From NCBI RefSeq assembly GCF_963921235.1, contig NC_086098.1:6634001-6698000 (forward strand): a stretch of 64,000 nt of DNA. Reading direction: 5' to 3'. The translations under genes and the position numbers were made by a program. The notes beneath the pieces were generated by a model. The model was not told the DNA's origin. It did no database searches and worked only from the letters and a program-made list of their open reading frames with translations. Below are positions 37,512 through 50,870 of this stretch, in pieces (position 1 is the stretch's first letter; each line of letters starts with the position of its first letter). Source of the stretch: Mobula hypostoma (taxonomy: Eukaryota).

Positions 37512-40509
37512 TCAGATCCCCCTAGCCACAAGGGCCATATCTAACTCCCTCTTAAATATAGCCAATGAACTGGCCTCAACTGTTTCCTGTGGCAGAGAAT
37601 TCCACAGATTCACCACTCTCTGTGTGAAGAAGTTTTTCCTAATCTCAGTCCTAAAAGGCTTCACTTTTATCCTCAAACCGTGACCTCTCGTTCTGGACCT
37701 CCCCAACATCGGGAACAATCTTCCTGCATCTAGCCTGTCCAATCCCTTCAGGATTTTATACGTTTCAATCAGATCCCCCCTCAATCTTCTAAATTCCAAC
37801 GAGTACAAGCCTAGTTCATCCAGTCTTTCTTCATATGAAAGTCCTGCCATCCCAGGAATCAATCTGGTGAACCTTCTTTGTACTCCCTCTATGGCAAGGA
37901 TGTCTTTCCTCAGATTAGGGGACCAAAACTGCACACAATACTCCAGGTGTGGTTTCACCAAGGCCTTGTACAACTGCAGTAGTACCTCCCTGCTCCTGTA
38001 CTCGAATCCTCTCGCTATAAATGCCAGCATACCATTCGCCTTTTTCACTGCCTGCTGTACCTGCATGCCCACTTTCAATGACTGGTGTATAATGACACCC
38101 AGGTCTCGTTGCACCTCCCCTTTTCCTAATCGGCCACCATTCAGATAATAATCTGTTTTCCTATTTTTGCCACCAAAGTGGATAACTTCACATTTATCCA
38201 CATTAAATTGCATCTGCCATGAATTTGCCCACTCACCCAACCTATCCAAGTCACCCTGCATCCTCTTACCATCCTCCTCACAGCTAACACTGCCGTCCAG
38301 CTTTGTGTCATCCGCAAACGTGGAGATGCTGCATTTAATTCCCTCATCCAAGTCATTAATATATATTGTAAACAACTGGGGTCCCAGCACTGAGCCTTGC
38401 GGTACCCCACTAGTCACTGCCTGCCATTCTGAAAAGGTCCCGTTTATTCCCACTCTTTGCTTCCTGTCTGCTAACCAATTCTCTATCCACATCAATACCT
38501 TACCCCCAATACCGTGTGCTTTAAGTTTGTCCACAAATCTCCTGTGTGGGACCTTATCAAAAGCCTTTTGAAAATCCAAATATACCACATCCACTGGTTC
38601 TCCCCTATCCACTCTACTAGCTACATCCTCAAAAAATTCTATGAGATTCGTCAGACATGATTTTCCTTTCACAAATCCATGCTGACTTTGTCCGATGATT
38701 TCACCACTTTCCAAATGTGCTGTTATCATATCTTTGATAACTGACTCCAGCAGTTTCCCCACCACCGCGTTAGGCTAGCCGGTCCATAATTCCCCGGTTT
38801 CTCTCTCCCTCCTTTTTTAAAAAGTGGGGTTACATTAGCCACCCTCCAATCCTCAGGAACTAGTCCAGAATCTAACGAGTTTTGAAAAATTATCACTAAT
38901 GCATCCACTATTTCTTGGGCTACTTCCTTAAGCACTCTGGGATGCAGACCATCTGGCCCTGGGGATTTATCTGCCTTTAATCCCTTCAATTTACCTGACA
39001 CCACTTCCCTACTAACATGTATTTTGCTCAGTTCCTCCATCTCACTGGACCCTCTGTCCCCTACTATTTCTGGAAGATTATTTATGTTCTCCTTAGTGAA
39101 GACAGAACCAAAGTAATTATTCAATTGGTCTGCCATGTCCTTGCTCCCCATAATCAATTCACCTGTTTCTGTCTGAAGGGGACCTACATTTGTCTTTACC
39201 AGTCTTTTCCTTTTTACATATCTATAAAAGCTTTTACAGTCAGTTTTTATGTTCCCTGCCAGTTTTCTCTCATAATCTTTTTTCCCCTTCCTAATTAAGC
39301 CCTTTGTCCTCCTTTGCTGAACTCTGAATTTCTCCCAGTCCTCAGGTGAGCCACTTTTTCTGGCTAATTTGTATGCTTCTTCTTTGGAATTGATACTATC
39401 CCTAATTTCTCTTGTCAGCCACAGGTGCACTACCTTCCTTGATTTATCCTTTTGCCAAACTGGGATGAACAATTGTTGTAGTTCATCCATGTGATCTTTA
39501 AATGCTTGCCATTGCATATCCACCGCCAATCCTTTAAGTGTCATTTGCCAGTCTATCTTAGGTAATTCACGTCTCTACCTTCAAAGTTACCCCTCTTTTA
39601 GTTCAGAACCTTTGTTTCTGAATTAACTATGTCACTCTCCATCTTAATGAAGAATTCCACCATATTATGGTCACTCTTACCCAAGGGTCCTCTCATGACA
39701 AGATTGCTAATTATCCCTTCCGCATTGCTCAAAACCCAGTCTAGAATAGCCTGCTCTCTAGTTGGTTCCTCGACATGTTAGTTCAAAAAACCATCCCGCA
39801 TACATTCCAAGAAATCCTCTTCCTCAGCACCTTTACCAATTTGGCTCACCCAATCTACATGTAGATTGAAGTCACCCATTATAACTGCTGTTCCTGTATT
39901 GCACACATTTCTAATTTCCTGTTTAATACCATCCCCGACCTCACTACTACTGTTAGGTGGCCTGTACACAACTCCCACCAGCGTTTTCTGCCCCTTAGTG
40001 TTATGCAGCTCTACCCATATCGATTCCACATCTTCCCGGCTTATGTCCTTCCTTTCTATTGCGTTAATCTCCTCTTTAACCAGTAACGCCACCCCACCTG
40101 CTTTTCTTTCATGTCTATCCCTCCTGAATATTGAATATCCCTGAACGTTGAGCTCCCATCCTTGGTCACCCTGGAGCCATGTCTCTTTGATCCCAACTAT
40201 ATCATAATCATTAATAACAATCTGCACTTTCAATTCATCCAGCTTGTTACGAATGCTCCTTGCATTGACACACAAAGCCTTCAGGCGCTCTTTTACAACT
40301 CTCTTAGCCCTTATACAATTATGTTGAAAAGTGGCCCTTTTTGATGCTTGCCCTGGATTTGTCAGCCTGCCACTTTTACTTTTCTCCTTACTACTTTTTG
40401 CTTCTACCCTCACTTTACACCCCTCTGTCTCTCTGCACTGGTTCCCATCCTCCTGTTGTGAACTAACCTCCTCTCGCCTAGCCTCTTTAATTTGATTCCC
40501 ACCCCCCAA
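37512..40509 (-). pseudogene. CR1 ORF2 (APE endonuclease plus reverse transcriptase), broken into 3 frames
   Basis: [47 protein letters not shown] and FADDTK motifs. There is a stop at 39778 and frameshifts near 39.58 kb and 38.77 kb. Confidence 0.93.
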
Positions 40510-40514
40510 CCATT

Positions 40515-42208
40515 CTAGTTTAAAGTCACCTCAGTAGCCCCCGCTAATCTCCCTGCCAGGATATTGGTCCTCCTAGAATTCAAGTGTAACCCATCCTTTT
40601 TGTACAGGTCACGCCTGCGCCAAAAGAGGTCCCAATGATCCAAAAACTTGAATCCCTGCCCCCTGCTCCAATCCCTCAGCCACGCATTTATCCTCCACCT
40701 CATTGCATTCCTACTCTCACTGTCGCGTGGCACAGGCAGTAATCCCGAGATTACTACCTTTAGGGTCCTTTTTCTCAACTCCCTTCCTAGCTCCCTATAT
40801 TCTCCTTTCAGGATCTCTTCCCTTTTCCTACCTATGCCATTGGTACCTATATGTACCACGACCTTTGGCTCCTCACCCTCCCACTTCAGGATATCTTGGA
40901 CACGATCAGAGATATCCTGGACCCTGGCACCAGGGAGGCAAACTACCATCCGGGTCTTTGGACTGCATCCACAGAATTACCTATCTGACCCCCTTACTGT
41001 CATAGAAACATAGAAACATAGAAAATAGGTGCAGGAGTAGGCCATTCGGCCCTTCGAGCCTGCACCACCATTTATTATGATCATGGCTGATCATCCAACT
41101 CAGAACTCCGCCCCAGCCTTCCCTCCATACCCCCTGATCCCCGTAGCCACAAGGGCCATATCTAACTCCCTCTTAAATATAGCCAATGAACTGGCCTCAA
41201 CTGTTTCCTGTGGCAGAGAATTCCACAGATTCACCACTCTCTGTGTGAAGAAGTTTTTCCTAATCTCGGTCCTAAAAGGCTTCCCCTTTATCCTCAAACT
41301 GTGACCCCTTGTTCTGGACTTCCCCAATGTCGGGAACAATCTTCCTGCATCTAGCCTGTCCAATCCCTTTAGGATTTTATACGTTTCAATCAGATCCCCC
41401 CCAGTCTTCTAAATTCCAACGAGTACAAGCCCAGTTCATCCAGTCTTTCTTCATATGAAAGTCCTGCCATCCCAGGAATCAATCTGGTGAACCTTCTTTG
41501 TACTCTCTCTATGGCAAGGATGTCTTTCCTCAGATTAGGGGACCAAAACTGCACACAATACTCCAGGTGTGGTCTCACCAAGGCCTTGTACAACTGCAGT
41601 AGTACCTCCCTGCTCCTGTACTCGAATCCTCTTGTTATAAATGCCAGCATACCATTTGCCTTTTTCACCGCCTGCTGTACCTGCATGCCCACTTTCAATG
41701 ACTGGTGTATAATGACACCCAGGTCTCGTTGCACCTCCCCTTTTCCTAATCGGCCACCAAGTCCCCTATCACAACTGCCCTCCTCTTCCTTTCCCTACCC
41801 TCCTGAGCTACAGGGCCGGACTCTGTGCCAGAGGCACGGCCACTCTCGCTTCCCCCGGGTAAGCTGTCCCCCCCAACAGTACTCAAACAGGAGTACCTAT
41901 TGTTAAGGGGCACAGCCACCGGGGTACTCTCTATTACCTGACTCTAACCCCTTCCCCCTCCTAACCGTGACCCACTTGTCTACCTCCCGTGGCCCCGGTG
42001 TGACCACCTGCCTGTAACTCCTCTCTATCAACTCCTCACTCTCCCTGACCAGACGAAGGTCATCGAGCTGCAGCTCCAGTTCCGTAACGCGGTCCCTTAG
42101 GAGCTGCATCTCGATGCACTTGGCGCAGATGTGGACATCCGGGAAGCTTGGAGACTCCAGGGCCTCCCACATCCGACACCGAGAACAGCAAGCTGCCCTC
42201 ACACTCAT
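40515..42208 (-). pseudogene. CR1 ORF1 (zinc finger/leucine zipper plus SGNH esterase), interrupted
   Basis: MSVRAACCSRC...HICAKC...LRDRVTELELQLDDL, then AVVIGD-LTVRG across the insertion, CLPGARV, VHIGTN and DGLHLN. Confidence 0.9.
41001..41759 (-). mobile_element. 5'-truncated copy of the same CR1 family nested in its ORF1
   Basis: Nearly identical to 37387-38140, with its own (TTTCTATG)n tail and CA at both junctions. Confidence 0.95.
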
Positions 42209-43129
42209 AATGCCCCTCTCCTCAAATAACAACAGAAAATGAATGTCCAAACCTTCCTCGCCTCACCCGTTTCCGCCTAAGCCCGGTGAGCCGAAGCCCT
42301 TAAGCCTTCACTCTGCTCCCGGCTTGAGCTAGATGTATTCAAGATGATCCAGGAGATTGAAAGCTTTATAAATGAGGCTTTTACTGAGATGGTGACATCC
42401 AGAGTTCAGGCTCCAGATGGTGGATGTGTGATGACCAGGAGAAAAAAAAGTGGAGTAAGCCATCGCTGGAGCCAGCCTCCTCAGCAACAAATATAGGCTA
42501 CCCTTTTGGATATAGCTGACCTATCAGGGCAGAGCTGTAGCAGACAGGCCAGTGGCAATGTGGCCAGCTCTGAGGGTCAGATAGTGCAACAGTGATAGAA
42601 GAATCGATAGAGGGGTGGACAGGAGATTCAGTAGCTGCAAAAAAGACACCAACATGATGTGTTGCCTCCCAAGTACTAGGGTCAAAGATGTCTCAGAGTG
42701 GCTGAAGGAGGGAGAGCAGTCAGAGGTCATAGTGCATATTGGCACCAATGACGTGGGTAGAAAAGGGGAAGAGGTCATCCACAGTGAGCACAGGGAGTGA
42801 AGGAAGAGCTGAAGAGCAGGACCGCCAAGACCCCTCGTGCCACCAGCTCATCAGGGTAGGAATAGGATGATAACATCAATGAATGAGTGGCTGAGGATGT
42901 GATGCAGGGGACAGGGTTTCAGATTTCTGGGTCATTGAAATCACTCTTAAGACCATAAGAGCAGAAGATATAGGAGCTGAATTAAGCTATTTGGCCCATC
43001 AATCCACTCCACTATTTCAACATAGCTGATCTATTTTTCCTCTCAGCCCCAATCTCCTGCCTTCTCCCCTTCATCCCCTGACTAATCAAGAATCTATCAG
43101 CCTCTGCCTTAAATCCATCCATCATCCAT

Positions 43130-44300
43130 CCACCATCATGAAGTGTTTCGAGAGGCTCGTCATGAGGCACATCAAGACCCTGCTGCCCCCCTCACTGGAC
43201 CCCCTGTAGATTGCGTACCATCCCAACCGTTCAACAGACGACGCCATTGCCATCACCCTCCACCTGGACAAAAAAGACACATACGTTCGAATGCTGTTCA
43301 TAAACTTCAGTTCAGCATTCAACACAATCATTTCTCAGAAACCGATTGGAAAGCTGAGCCTACTGGGCCTGAACACCTCCCTCTGCAACTGGATCCTAGA
43401 CTTCCTGACTGGGAGATCTCAGTCAGTCCAGATTGGAAGCAGCATCTCCAACACCATCCCACTGAGCACGGGGCCCCCCAGGGCTGTGTGCTCAGTCCAC
43501 TGCTGTTCACTCTGCTGACCCACGACTGTGCTGCAACACACAGCTCGAACCACATCATCAAGTTCGCTGATGACACAACCCTGGTGGGTCTCATCAGCAA
43601 GAACGATGAGTCAGCATACAGAGAGGAGGTGCTGCGGCTAACGGACTGGGCCAGAGCCAACAACCTGTCTCTGAATGTGAACAAAACAAAAGAGGTGGTT
43701 GTTGACTCCAGGAGGACACGGAACGACCACTCGCCGATGAACATCGACAACTCCTCCGTACAGATCATTAAGAGCACCAAATTTCTTGGTGTTCACCTGG
43801 CAGAGAATCTCACCTGGTCCCTCAACACCAGCTCCATAGCAAAGAAAGCCCAGCAGCATCTCCACTTTCTGCGAAGGCTGAGAAAAGTCCATCTCCCACC
43901 CCCATCCTCACCACATTCTACAGAGGTTGTATTGAGAGCATCCTGAGCAGCTGCATCACTGCCTGGTTCGGAAATTGCACCATCTCAGATCGCAAGACCC
44001 TGCAGCGGACAGTGAGGTCAGCTGAGAAGATCATCGGGGTCTCTCTTCCCACCATTACAGACATTTACACCACACGCTGCATCCGCGAAGCAAACAGCAT
44101 TATGAAGGACCCCACACACCCCTCATAAACTCTTCTCCCTCCTGCCATCTGGCAAAAGGCACCGAAGTATTCGGGCTCTCACATCCAGACTATGTAACAG
44201 TTTCTTCCCCCAAGCCATCAGACTACTCAATAACCAGAGACTGGCTTGATACCAACCTACTGCCCTCTACTGTGCCTACTGTATTGTTTATTATTTATTG
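43130..44300 (+). mobile_element. Rex1/Babar-like LINE, RT half
   Basis: [36 protein letters not shown] and LRRLRK motifs. Confidence 0.9.
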
Positions 44301-44302
44301 TA

Positions 44303-44545
44303 AACACAAAATACTCTGCAGATGCTCGGATCAAAGCAACACTCACAACATGCTGGAGGAACTTAGCAGGTCAGGCAGCATCCGTAGAAACGATCAGTCA
44401 ACGTTTCAGGCCGGAACCCTTTGTCAGGACTGTGGAGGGAAGGGGCAGAGGCCCTATAAAGAAGCTGGGAGGAGGGTGGGAAGGAGAAGGCTGGTAGGTT
44501 CCAGGTGAAAAACCAGTAAGGAGAAAGATAAAGGGGTGGGGGAGG
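44303..44545 (-). mobile_element. Penelope-derived element, hammerhead with a core mutation
   Basis: The minus strand reads CAGTC-CTGACAA-agggttccggcct-GAAACGTT-GACTG. Confidence 0.8.
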
Positions 44546-45418
44546 GGACTTGGCCTTTTCTCCTTGGAGTGACGGAGGATGAGAGGTGATCTGATAGAGG
44601 TGTATAGGATGATGAAGGACAATTCTAGGCGGTCTTTAGAGTAGGTTATATGGTCGGCACAACGTTGTGGGCCGAAGGGTCTGTAATGTGCTGAAAATTT
44701 CTACGTTCTATGTTGTTATGTTTATATGAGAAGCCTTTCAATTCTAGAGGCAAGGACCAATATTCTATACCCCTTGGGTTTTTGTATTTTCTCATTTGCC
44801 TTCAGTAACATTCCTATTTAGGTCTTTGAATCTCTCTGTTTCTTGTCATAGAAAAAATCCCCTATACCTTGAGTCAAAGTGGGTGATTTTGCTTTTCATT
44901 TACCTGCATTTCACCTGTCCTTTGAAAGCATCAATATCCCTTTGGAGCCTCCTGCTCCCATCTATAATTTATTTTGCCACCTAATTTGGTGCTGTCAGTA
45001 AACTCGATTGATGTCTCAATATCCTTTCACCGGTGTTATTTATAAATGCAGGCCCCAATTTTGTGGTAGATACGATGGTTAAGACGTTCAGCAGCGGATT
45101 TAATCATGTCAGGAAACTGACAATTCTCACATTTCTCTAAATGTTAAACGTGTTATGAAGGCCATGGTTTCTCATAAAGTTGCACACATTTTCTTCCCTT
45201 TGATGTTGTCAATTTTGCACATTTGCATGGTTTTTAGTTCTTTTCATTCATATCACTCCATCTGACGAATCATTGAAGATAATTTTTTTGCCTTCCTTTG
45301 CTTTTTCGCTCCTGTCACTGTTTATCAATGATTCGTTCTGTAATCTGATCTCAGTGGCCACTTTATTAGGGACACTTCACCTGTACACCTGCTATTAATG
45401 CAAACATCTTATCAGCCA

Positions 45419-45726
45419 GGGTGGCAGGGTGGAGATACTTTCCCTCCTCTCTGCTAGTAAGGTGTACCTCTTGCCTAGCCACCCGATCAGGGTCACATGA
45501 AGCCCTGGGAGCAGGTCGTGGATTGTTGCATATCACAAGTCCAGGCAAACAGCCTCTGAAGAGGATTGATAATGGCTGGGGTTGCCCGTCTTGTAAAGAC
45601 ACTGCCCAGAAGAAGGCAATGCCTAACCACTTCTACAGAAAAAAATTCCCATGAACAGTGCTGGTCATGCAAAGACCATGACCACCCACATGATACAAAG
45701 TGGCACATAATGAATGAATGAATGAG
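45419..45726 (+). mobile_element. RTE-derived non-autonomous element
   Basis: GAAGAAGGCAATG motif (BovB/Sauria-like), (TGAA)n tail and an approximate TSD TCAGCCA/TTAGCCA. A partial copy lies at ~57258-57468. Confidence 0.65.
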
Positions 45727-46171
45727 TTAGCCAATCATGTCTCAGCCACTCAATACACAAAAGCATGCAGACATGGTCAAGAGGTTCAGTTGTTGTTCAG
45801 TCCAAACATCAGAATGGGGAAGAAATGTGATCCAAGTGACATTGACCATGGAATGATTGTTGGGGTCAGACAGGGTGGTTTGAGTATCTCAAAAACTGCT
45901 GATCTCCTGAGATTTTCATGCATAACAGTCTCCAGAGTTTACAGAGAATGGTGTGAAAAGCAAGCAAAAAACAAATCCAGTGAGCAATAGTTATGTGGTT
46001 AATGAATGAGGTCAGGGAAGAATAGCCAGACTGGTTTAAGCTAACAGGAATGTTACAGTAACTCAAATAACCACATAACAGTGGTGTGCAAAAGAGTATT
46101 TCTGAATACACAACATGTTGAACCTTGAAGTGGATGGGCTACAGCAGCAGAAACTAGAGCATACACTCAGT

Positions 46172-46337
46172 CAACACACATCAAAGTTGCTGGTGAACGC
46201 AGCAGTCCTGACGAAGGGTCTCGGCCTGAAACGTCGACTGCGCCTCTTCCTATAGATGCTGCCTGGCCTTCTGCGTTCACCAGCAACTTTGATGTGTGTT
46301 GCTTGAATTTCCAGCATCTGCAGAATTCCTGTTGTTT
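46172..46337 (+). mobile_element. Young Penelope-derived insertion with an inverted 5' segment
   Basis: 13-bp TSD GCATACACTCAGT (46159-46171, 46338-46350) and a perfect 31-bp inverted repeat at 46172-46202 / 46271-46301. Confidence 0.9.
46202..46241 (+). ncRNA. Minimal type-I hammerhead ribozyme motif
   Basis: GCAGTC / CTGACGA / AGG-gtctcgg-CCT / GAA / ACGT / C / GACTGC. All core nucleotides are present, with a 6-bp stem I and a GUC cleavage triplet at 46233-46235. Confidence 0.85.
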
Positions 46338-46859
46338 GCATACACTCAGTACCCACTTTATTAGTTACAGGAGACACCAAATAAAGTCGCCACTGAGCGC
46401 ATAAATCGATTTTCTTATTGTGTTTTTTCTGGAATTTGTGAGATACTTAAGAGCCACGTTGTTGCTAAGCTATCATAGCACTAAAATGATTAGTTCTTCC
46501 TGTTTCCTTGTTCTGACGTAGTCATAAATCTGTTGAAATGTCAGCTTTGTTTCTTTTTCCATAGATGCTGCCTGACCAATAGTGTTTCCAGCAGTTTCTC
46601 TTTTTATTTCAGATTTGCTATGATTAATGAGGTTTATAGTTTACAAGACAGGGTTAGTAAGTTTGCAAATGAGACTAAAATAGAAGGTGTCGTAGACAGT
46701 GAAGGATTGGTATAATAGCGTAGGGCCTAGCGCATTGCTTTACTGAATCAGCAAGCCCTCATTAATCGGGGCGGGGAGATCAATCCCACCACTGTCTGTA
46801 AGGAGTTTGAACATCCTCACCATGACCACATAGGTTTCTTCCTGGTGCTCCACTCAACC

Positions 46860-49800
46860 CCATATATCTCCCTTCTCGCCATATCCTTTGATGCATTGAC
46901 CAATCAGGAAACTATTGACTTCAGCCTTAAATATACCCACATTCTTGGCCTCCACCATGGTCTGTGGCAGAGCAACCCACAAATTTACTACTCAGGCTAA
47001 AAAAAATTCCTTCTTCACTCTGTTTCCTCATTTCCGAGACTATGCCCTTTAGTTCTGGATACCCCCACCATAGGAAACGTGCTCTCCACACCCACCTTTC
47101 AACATTTCGTAGGTTTCAATGAGATCCCCCCACATTCTTCTAAGTTCCAGTGAGTACAGGCCCAAACCTGTCAAACGCTCCTCATATGTTAACCCCTTCA
47201 TTCCCGGAATCATCATCATGAACCTCCGCTAGACCCTCTCCAATGACAGCACATCCTTTCTGAGATATGGGGTTCAAAACTGTTGACAATACTCCAGGGG
47301 CAGCCTGACTAACATCTTATAAAGGCTCAGCATTATCTCCTTGCTTTTATATTCTATTCCCCTTGAAATAAATGCCATCATTACATTTGCCTTCTTTACC
47401 ACAAACTCAACCTACATATTAACCTTCTGGGAGTCTTGCCCAAGGACTCCTATGTCCCTCTGCACCTCTGATGGTTTGAACCTTCTCCTCATTTAGATAA
47501 TAGTTTGCACTTTTGTTCCTGTTACAAAAATATATTATACATTTCCCAATGCTGTATTCCATCTGCCACTTTTTTGCCCATTCTTCCAATTTGCCCACGA
47601 CCTGCTGCAATTGCATTGCTTCCTCAGCATTACCTACCCCTCCACCTATCTTCATATCATCTGCAAACTTTGCCACAAAGCCATCAATTCCATTATCCAA
47701 AGCGTTGACAAACAATGTGAAAAGTAGTGGTTCCAATACTGACCCCTGAGGAACACCACTAGTCACTGGCAGCAAACCAGAAAAGGCCCCTTTTATTCCC
47801 ACTTCCTGCCTCCTGCCTGTCAGCCATTCCGCTATCCATACCAATATCTTTCCTATAACACCATGGGATTTTATCTTATTAAGCAGCCTCAACTGTGGCA
47901 CCTTATCAAATGCCTTCTGAAATTCCAAGTAAGTGACATCCACTGCCTCTCCTTTGTCCACCCTGCTTCTTACTTCCTCAAAGAACTCTAACAGATTTGT
48001 CAGGCAGGATTTTCCTTCACAGAAATGATGCTGACTTTGACTAATTTTACCATTAGTCTCCAAGTACCCTGAAAACTCATCCTCTTCAATAAACTCCAAC
48101 ACTTTCCCAACCAGTGAAGTTAGGCAAACTGGCCTATAATTTCTTTTTTTCTTGCCTTCCTCCCGTTTTAAAGAGCAGAGTGACATTTGCAATCTTACAG
48201 TCCTCTGGGACCCTGACAGAATCAAGTGATTCTTGAAAGATCATGACCAATGCATCCGTTATTTCTTCAGCAACCTCTCTCAGGACTCTGGGATGTAGTC
48301 CATCTGGTCCAGGTGGCTTATCCACCTTAAGACCTTTCAGTTTGCCTAGCACCTTTTCCTTTGTAATAGCAATGGCACTTAATCTTGATCCCATTACTAC
48401 CTCTCCAGCATCATTTCCCACTAGTCCAATACCAACTCCCACCTCCCTTTTATGTTTATATAACTGAAAAACCTTTGGTATCCTGCTTTATATTATTGGC
48501 TAGGTTGCTTTCATATTTAATCTTTTCCCGTGTTATAGCTTTTTTAGTTGCCTTTTGTTATATTTTAAAAACTTCCTACTCACTTTTGCTACCTTACATG
48601 CCATTTCCTTGGCAGTCCTTAAATTCTTTTGTCAGCCACAGTTGCCTACCCCTATTATTTGAGGACTTCTTTAACTGTGGAAACTACTTATCCTGCACCT
48701 TGTGAACTATTCCCAAAAACTTCAGCCATCATCCCTGGCTGTTTCCTCCTCCAATCCACCTGGGCAAGTTCCTCTCTCATGCCTCTGTAATTCCCTTTAT
48801 TCCATTGCGATACTGATACATGTCACTTGTGCGTCTCCCTCCCAAATTGCAGAATGAATTAAATCATATTACGATTTCTTTCTCCTAAGGGTTCCTTTAC
48901 GTTAAGCTCCCTAGTAAAATCAGGGTTATTACACAACACCCAATCTAAGATAGCCTTTCCCTGAGTAGGCTCAAGCACCAGCTGCTCTACGAGCCCATCT
49001 CATAGGCATTCAATGAATTCCCTGTCTTGTGATCCAACATCAACCTGATTTTCCCAATCCCCTCGCATAAGGTGGGGGCTTATATGGGAGGCAGGGTTTG
49101 AGGGTCAGCACAACATTGTGCTGTACTATTCTATGTTCTATATTTAAGTCCCCCATTACAAATGTGACATTACCCTTATTACATGCCTTTTCCAGCTCCC
49201 TTTGCAATCTCAACACCACATCTTGGCTACTATTTGGAGGCCTATATACGATTCCCATCATGGTTTTTTTACCCTCGCAGTTTCTTAACCCACCCACAAA
49301 GATTCAATATCCTCTGACCTTATGTCACCTCTTTCTAAAGATGTAATTTGATCTCTTACCAACAGAGCCACAAAACCACCTCTGCCTTCCTGCCCGTCTT
49401 TTCGATACAAATATTTCCTTTGACGTTAAGCTCCCAACTATGGTCTGGAGGGTTGTCAGAGGTTACAGCGGGACATTGATAGGATGCAAAACTGGGCTGG
49501 GAAGTGGCAGATGAGTTCAACCAGATAAGTGTGAGGTGGTTCATTTTGTAGGTCAAATATGATGGCAGAATATAGTATTAATGGTAAGACTCTTGACAGT
49601 GTGGAGGATCAGAGGGATCTTGGGGTCTGACATGTTCGGCACAACTTTGTGGGCCGAAGGGCCTGTATTGTGCTGTAGGTTTTCTATGTTTCTATGTTTC
49701 TTTCAGCCATGACTCAGTGATGCCCACAACATCATACCGACCAATCACTAATTGTGCCATGAGTTCGTCCACCTTATTCTGAATGCTACATGCATTTAAG

Positions 49801-50355
49801 TACATCACCTTCAGTCCTGCATTCTTCACCCTTTCGAATTTTGCCTCTGTGGTACAACTTAACTCCTTGCTCTGTCTGCTTTCGTACCAAATCCTTGTCC
49901 TTCCTTACATTCATGTTACATCCATCATCTACTTGTAAACCAGCTGGCTCATCCTCAGCTCTGTCATACTGGTTCCCATTCCCCTGTCATATTAGTTTAA
50001 ACCACTCCCAACAGCTCTATCAAACCTGCCCGCAAGAATACTGGTCCCCCTCAGATTCAAGTGCAGCCTGTTTCTTTTGTACAGGTCACACTTGCCCCAG
50101 AGAAGGTCCCAATTATCCAGAAATCTGAATCCCTGTCCCCTGCTCCAATTCTTCAGCCACTCATTTATCTGCCACCTCACTCTATTCCTATCCTCACTGT
50201 CTCGTGGCACAGGCAGTAATCCCGAGATTACTACCTTTGAGGTCCTGCTTCTCAACTTCCTTCCTAACTCCCTGTATTCTGTTTTCAAGACTTCTTCCCT
50301 TTTCCTACCTACGTCATTGGTACCGATACGTACCACGACCTCAGGCTGCTCACGC
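46860..50355 (-). mobile_element. Older long CR1 (SGNH, APE, RT) with two small nested CR1 3' pieces
   Basis: ORFs 49992-50357 (IGTND, LHLN), 49040-49297 (YRPPNS) and 47419-48442 (PGPDG, FQKAFD, PQGSVL, KFADD). Plus-strand inserts lie at ~49068-49140 and ~49447-49700. Confidence 0.9.
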
Positions 50356-50544
50356 ACCCCCCAGCCCTTTTCAGAATATTGTGAGACTCCTCACCTGGTT
50401 TGGCTTCCCAAAATACAACAAATCACTCTGATCTAGATATAATGCCCTATGCCATTAGTTGGCCTATTACATAGCAAGTCAAGAATAGACACCCTTGCAT
50501 GAAAGTGCTAAGTGACTCCCGCCACTTTTTTTCATTCGGTTTAT

Positions 50545-50870
50545 AGAGTTGACGTGGATAGGCTTTTTCCATTAGAGTAGGGGAGATTCAAACAAGAGGA
50601 CATGAGTTGAGAGTTTAGGGGTTACATATGGGGGAACTTCTTTACTCAGAGAGTGGTAGCTGTTTGGAACGAGCTTCCAGCAGAAGTGGTTGAGGCAGGT
50701 TCGATGTTGTCGTTTAAAGTTAAACTGGATAGATAGGTGGACAGGAAAGGAATGGAGAGTTATGGGCTGAGTGCAGGTCGGTGGGACTAGGTGAGAGTAA
50801 GAGTTTGGCATGGACTAGAAGGGCCGAGATGGCCTGTTTCCGTTCTGTAATTGTTATATGGTTATGTGGT
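50545..50870 (+). mobile_element. CR1 3' fragment
   Basis: FFTQRVVAVWNELP and a GTTATATG tail. Confidence 0.8.

Larger units (their letters stand above)
37387..42321 (-). mobile_element. Near full-length young CR1 LINE (~4.2 kb excluding the nested insert)
   Basis: A short 5' UTR, ORF1 (CxxC..CxxC, coiled coil, SGNH), ORF2 (APE-RT) and a (TTTCTATG)n tail at 37387. Confidence 0.95.
36885..42945 (+). mobile_element. Old CR1 (5' UTR and ORF1), split by the full-length CR1
   Basis: GGAGCCATT repeats in the UTR. MALECSFC...CICGKYIQIHLLTDKVKNL (37263-37386) continues at 42322 as KLELDVFKMIQE. SGNH part CCLPSTRVKDV...VHIGTND lies at ~42600-42800. Confidence 0.8.
45349..46399 (+). mobile_element. 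Tc1 non-autonomous element carrying two nested insertions
   Basis: CTCAGTGGCCACTTTATTAGG TIR and the MGKKCDPSDIDHGMIVG HTH. Another copy lies at ~54440-54984(-). Confidence 0.8.

Noticed and set aside
37512..40949. Active LINE or domesticated RT/esterase gene
   Set aside because: Stops, frameshifts and a nested insertion disrupt both ORFs.
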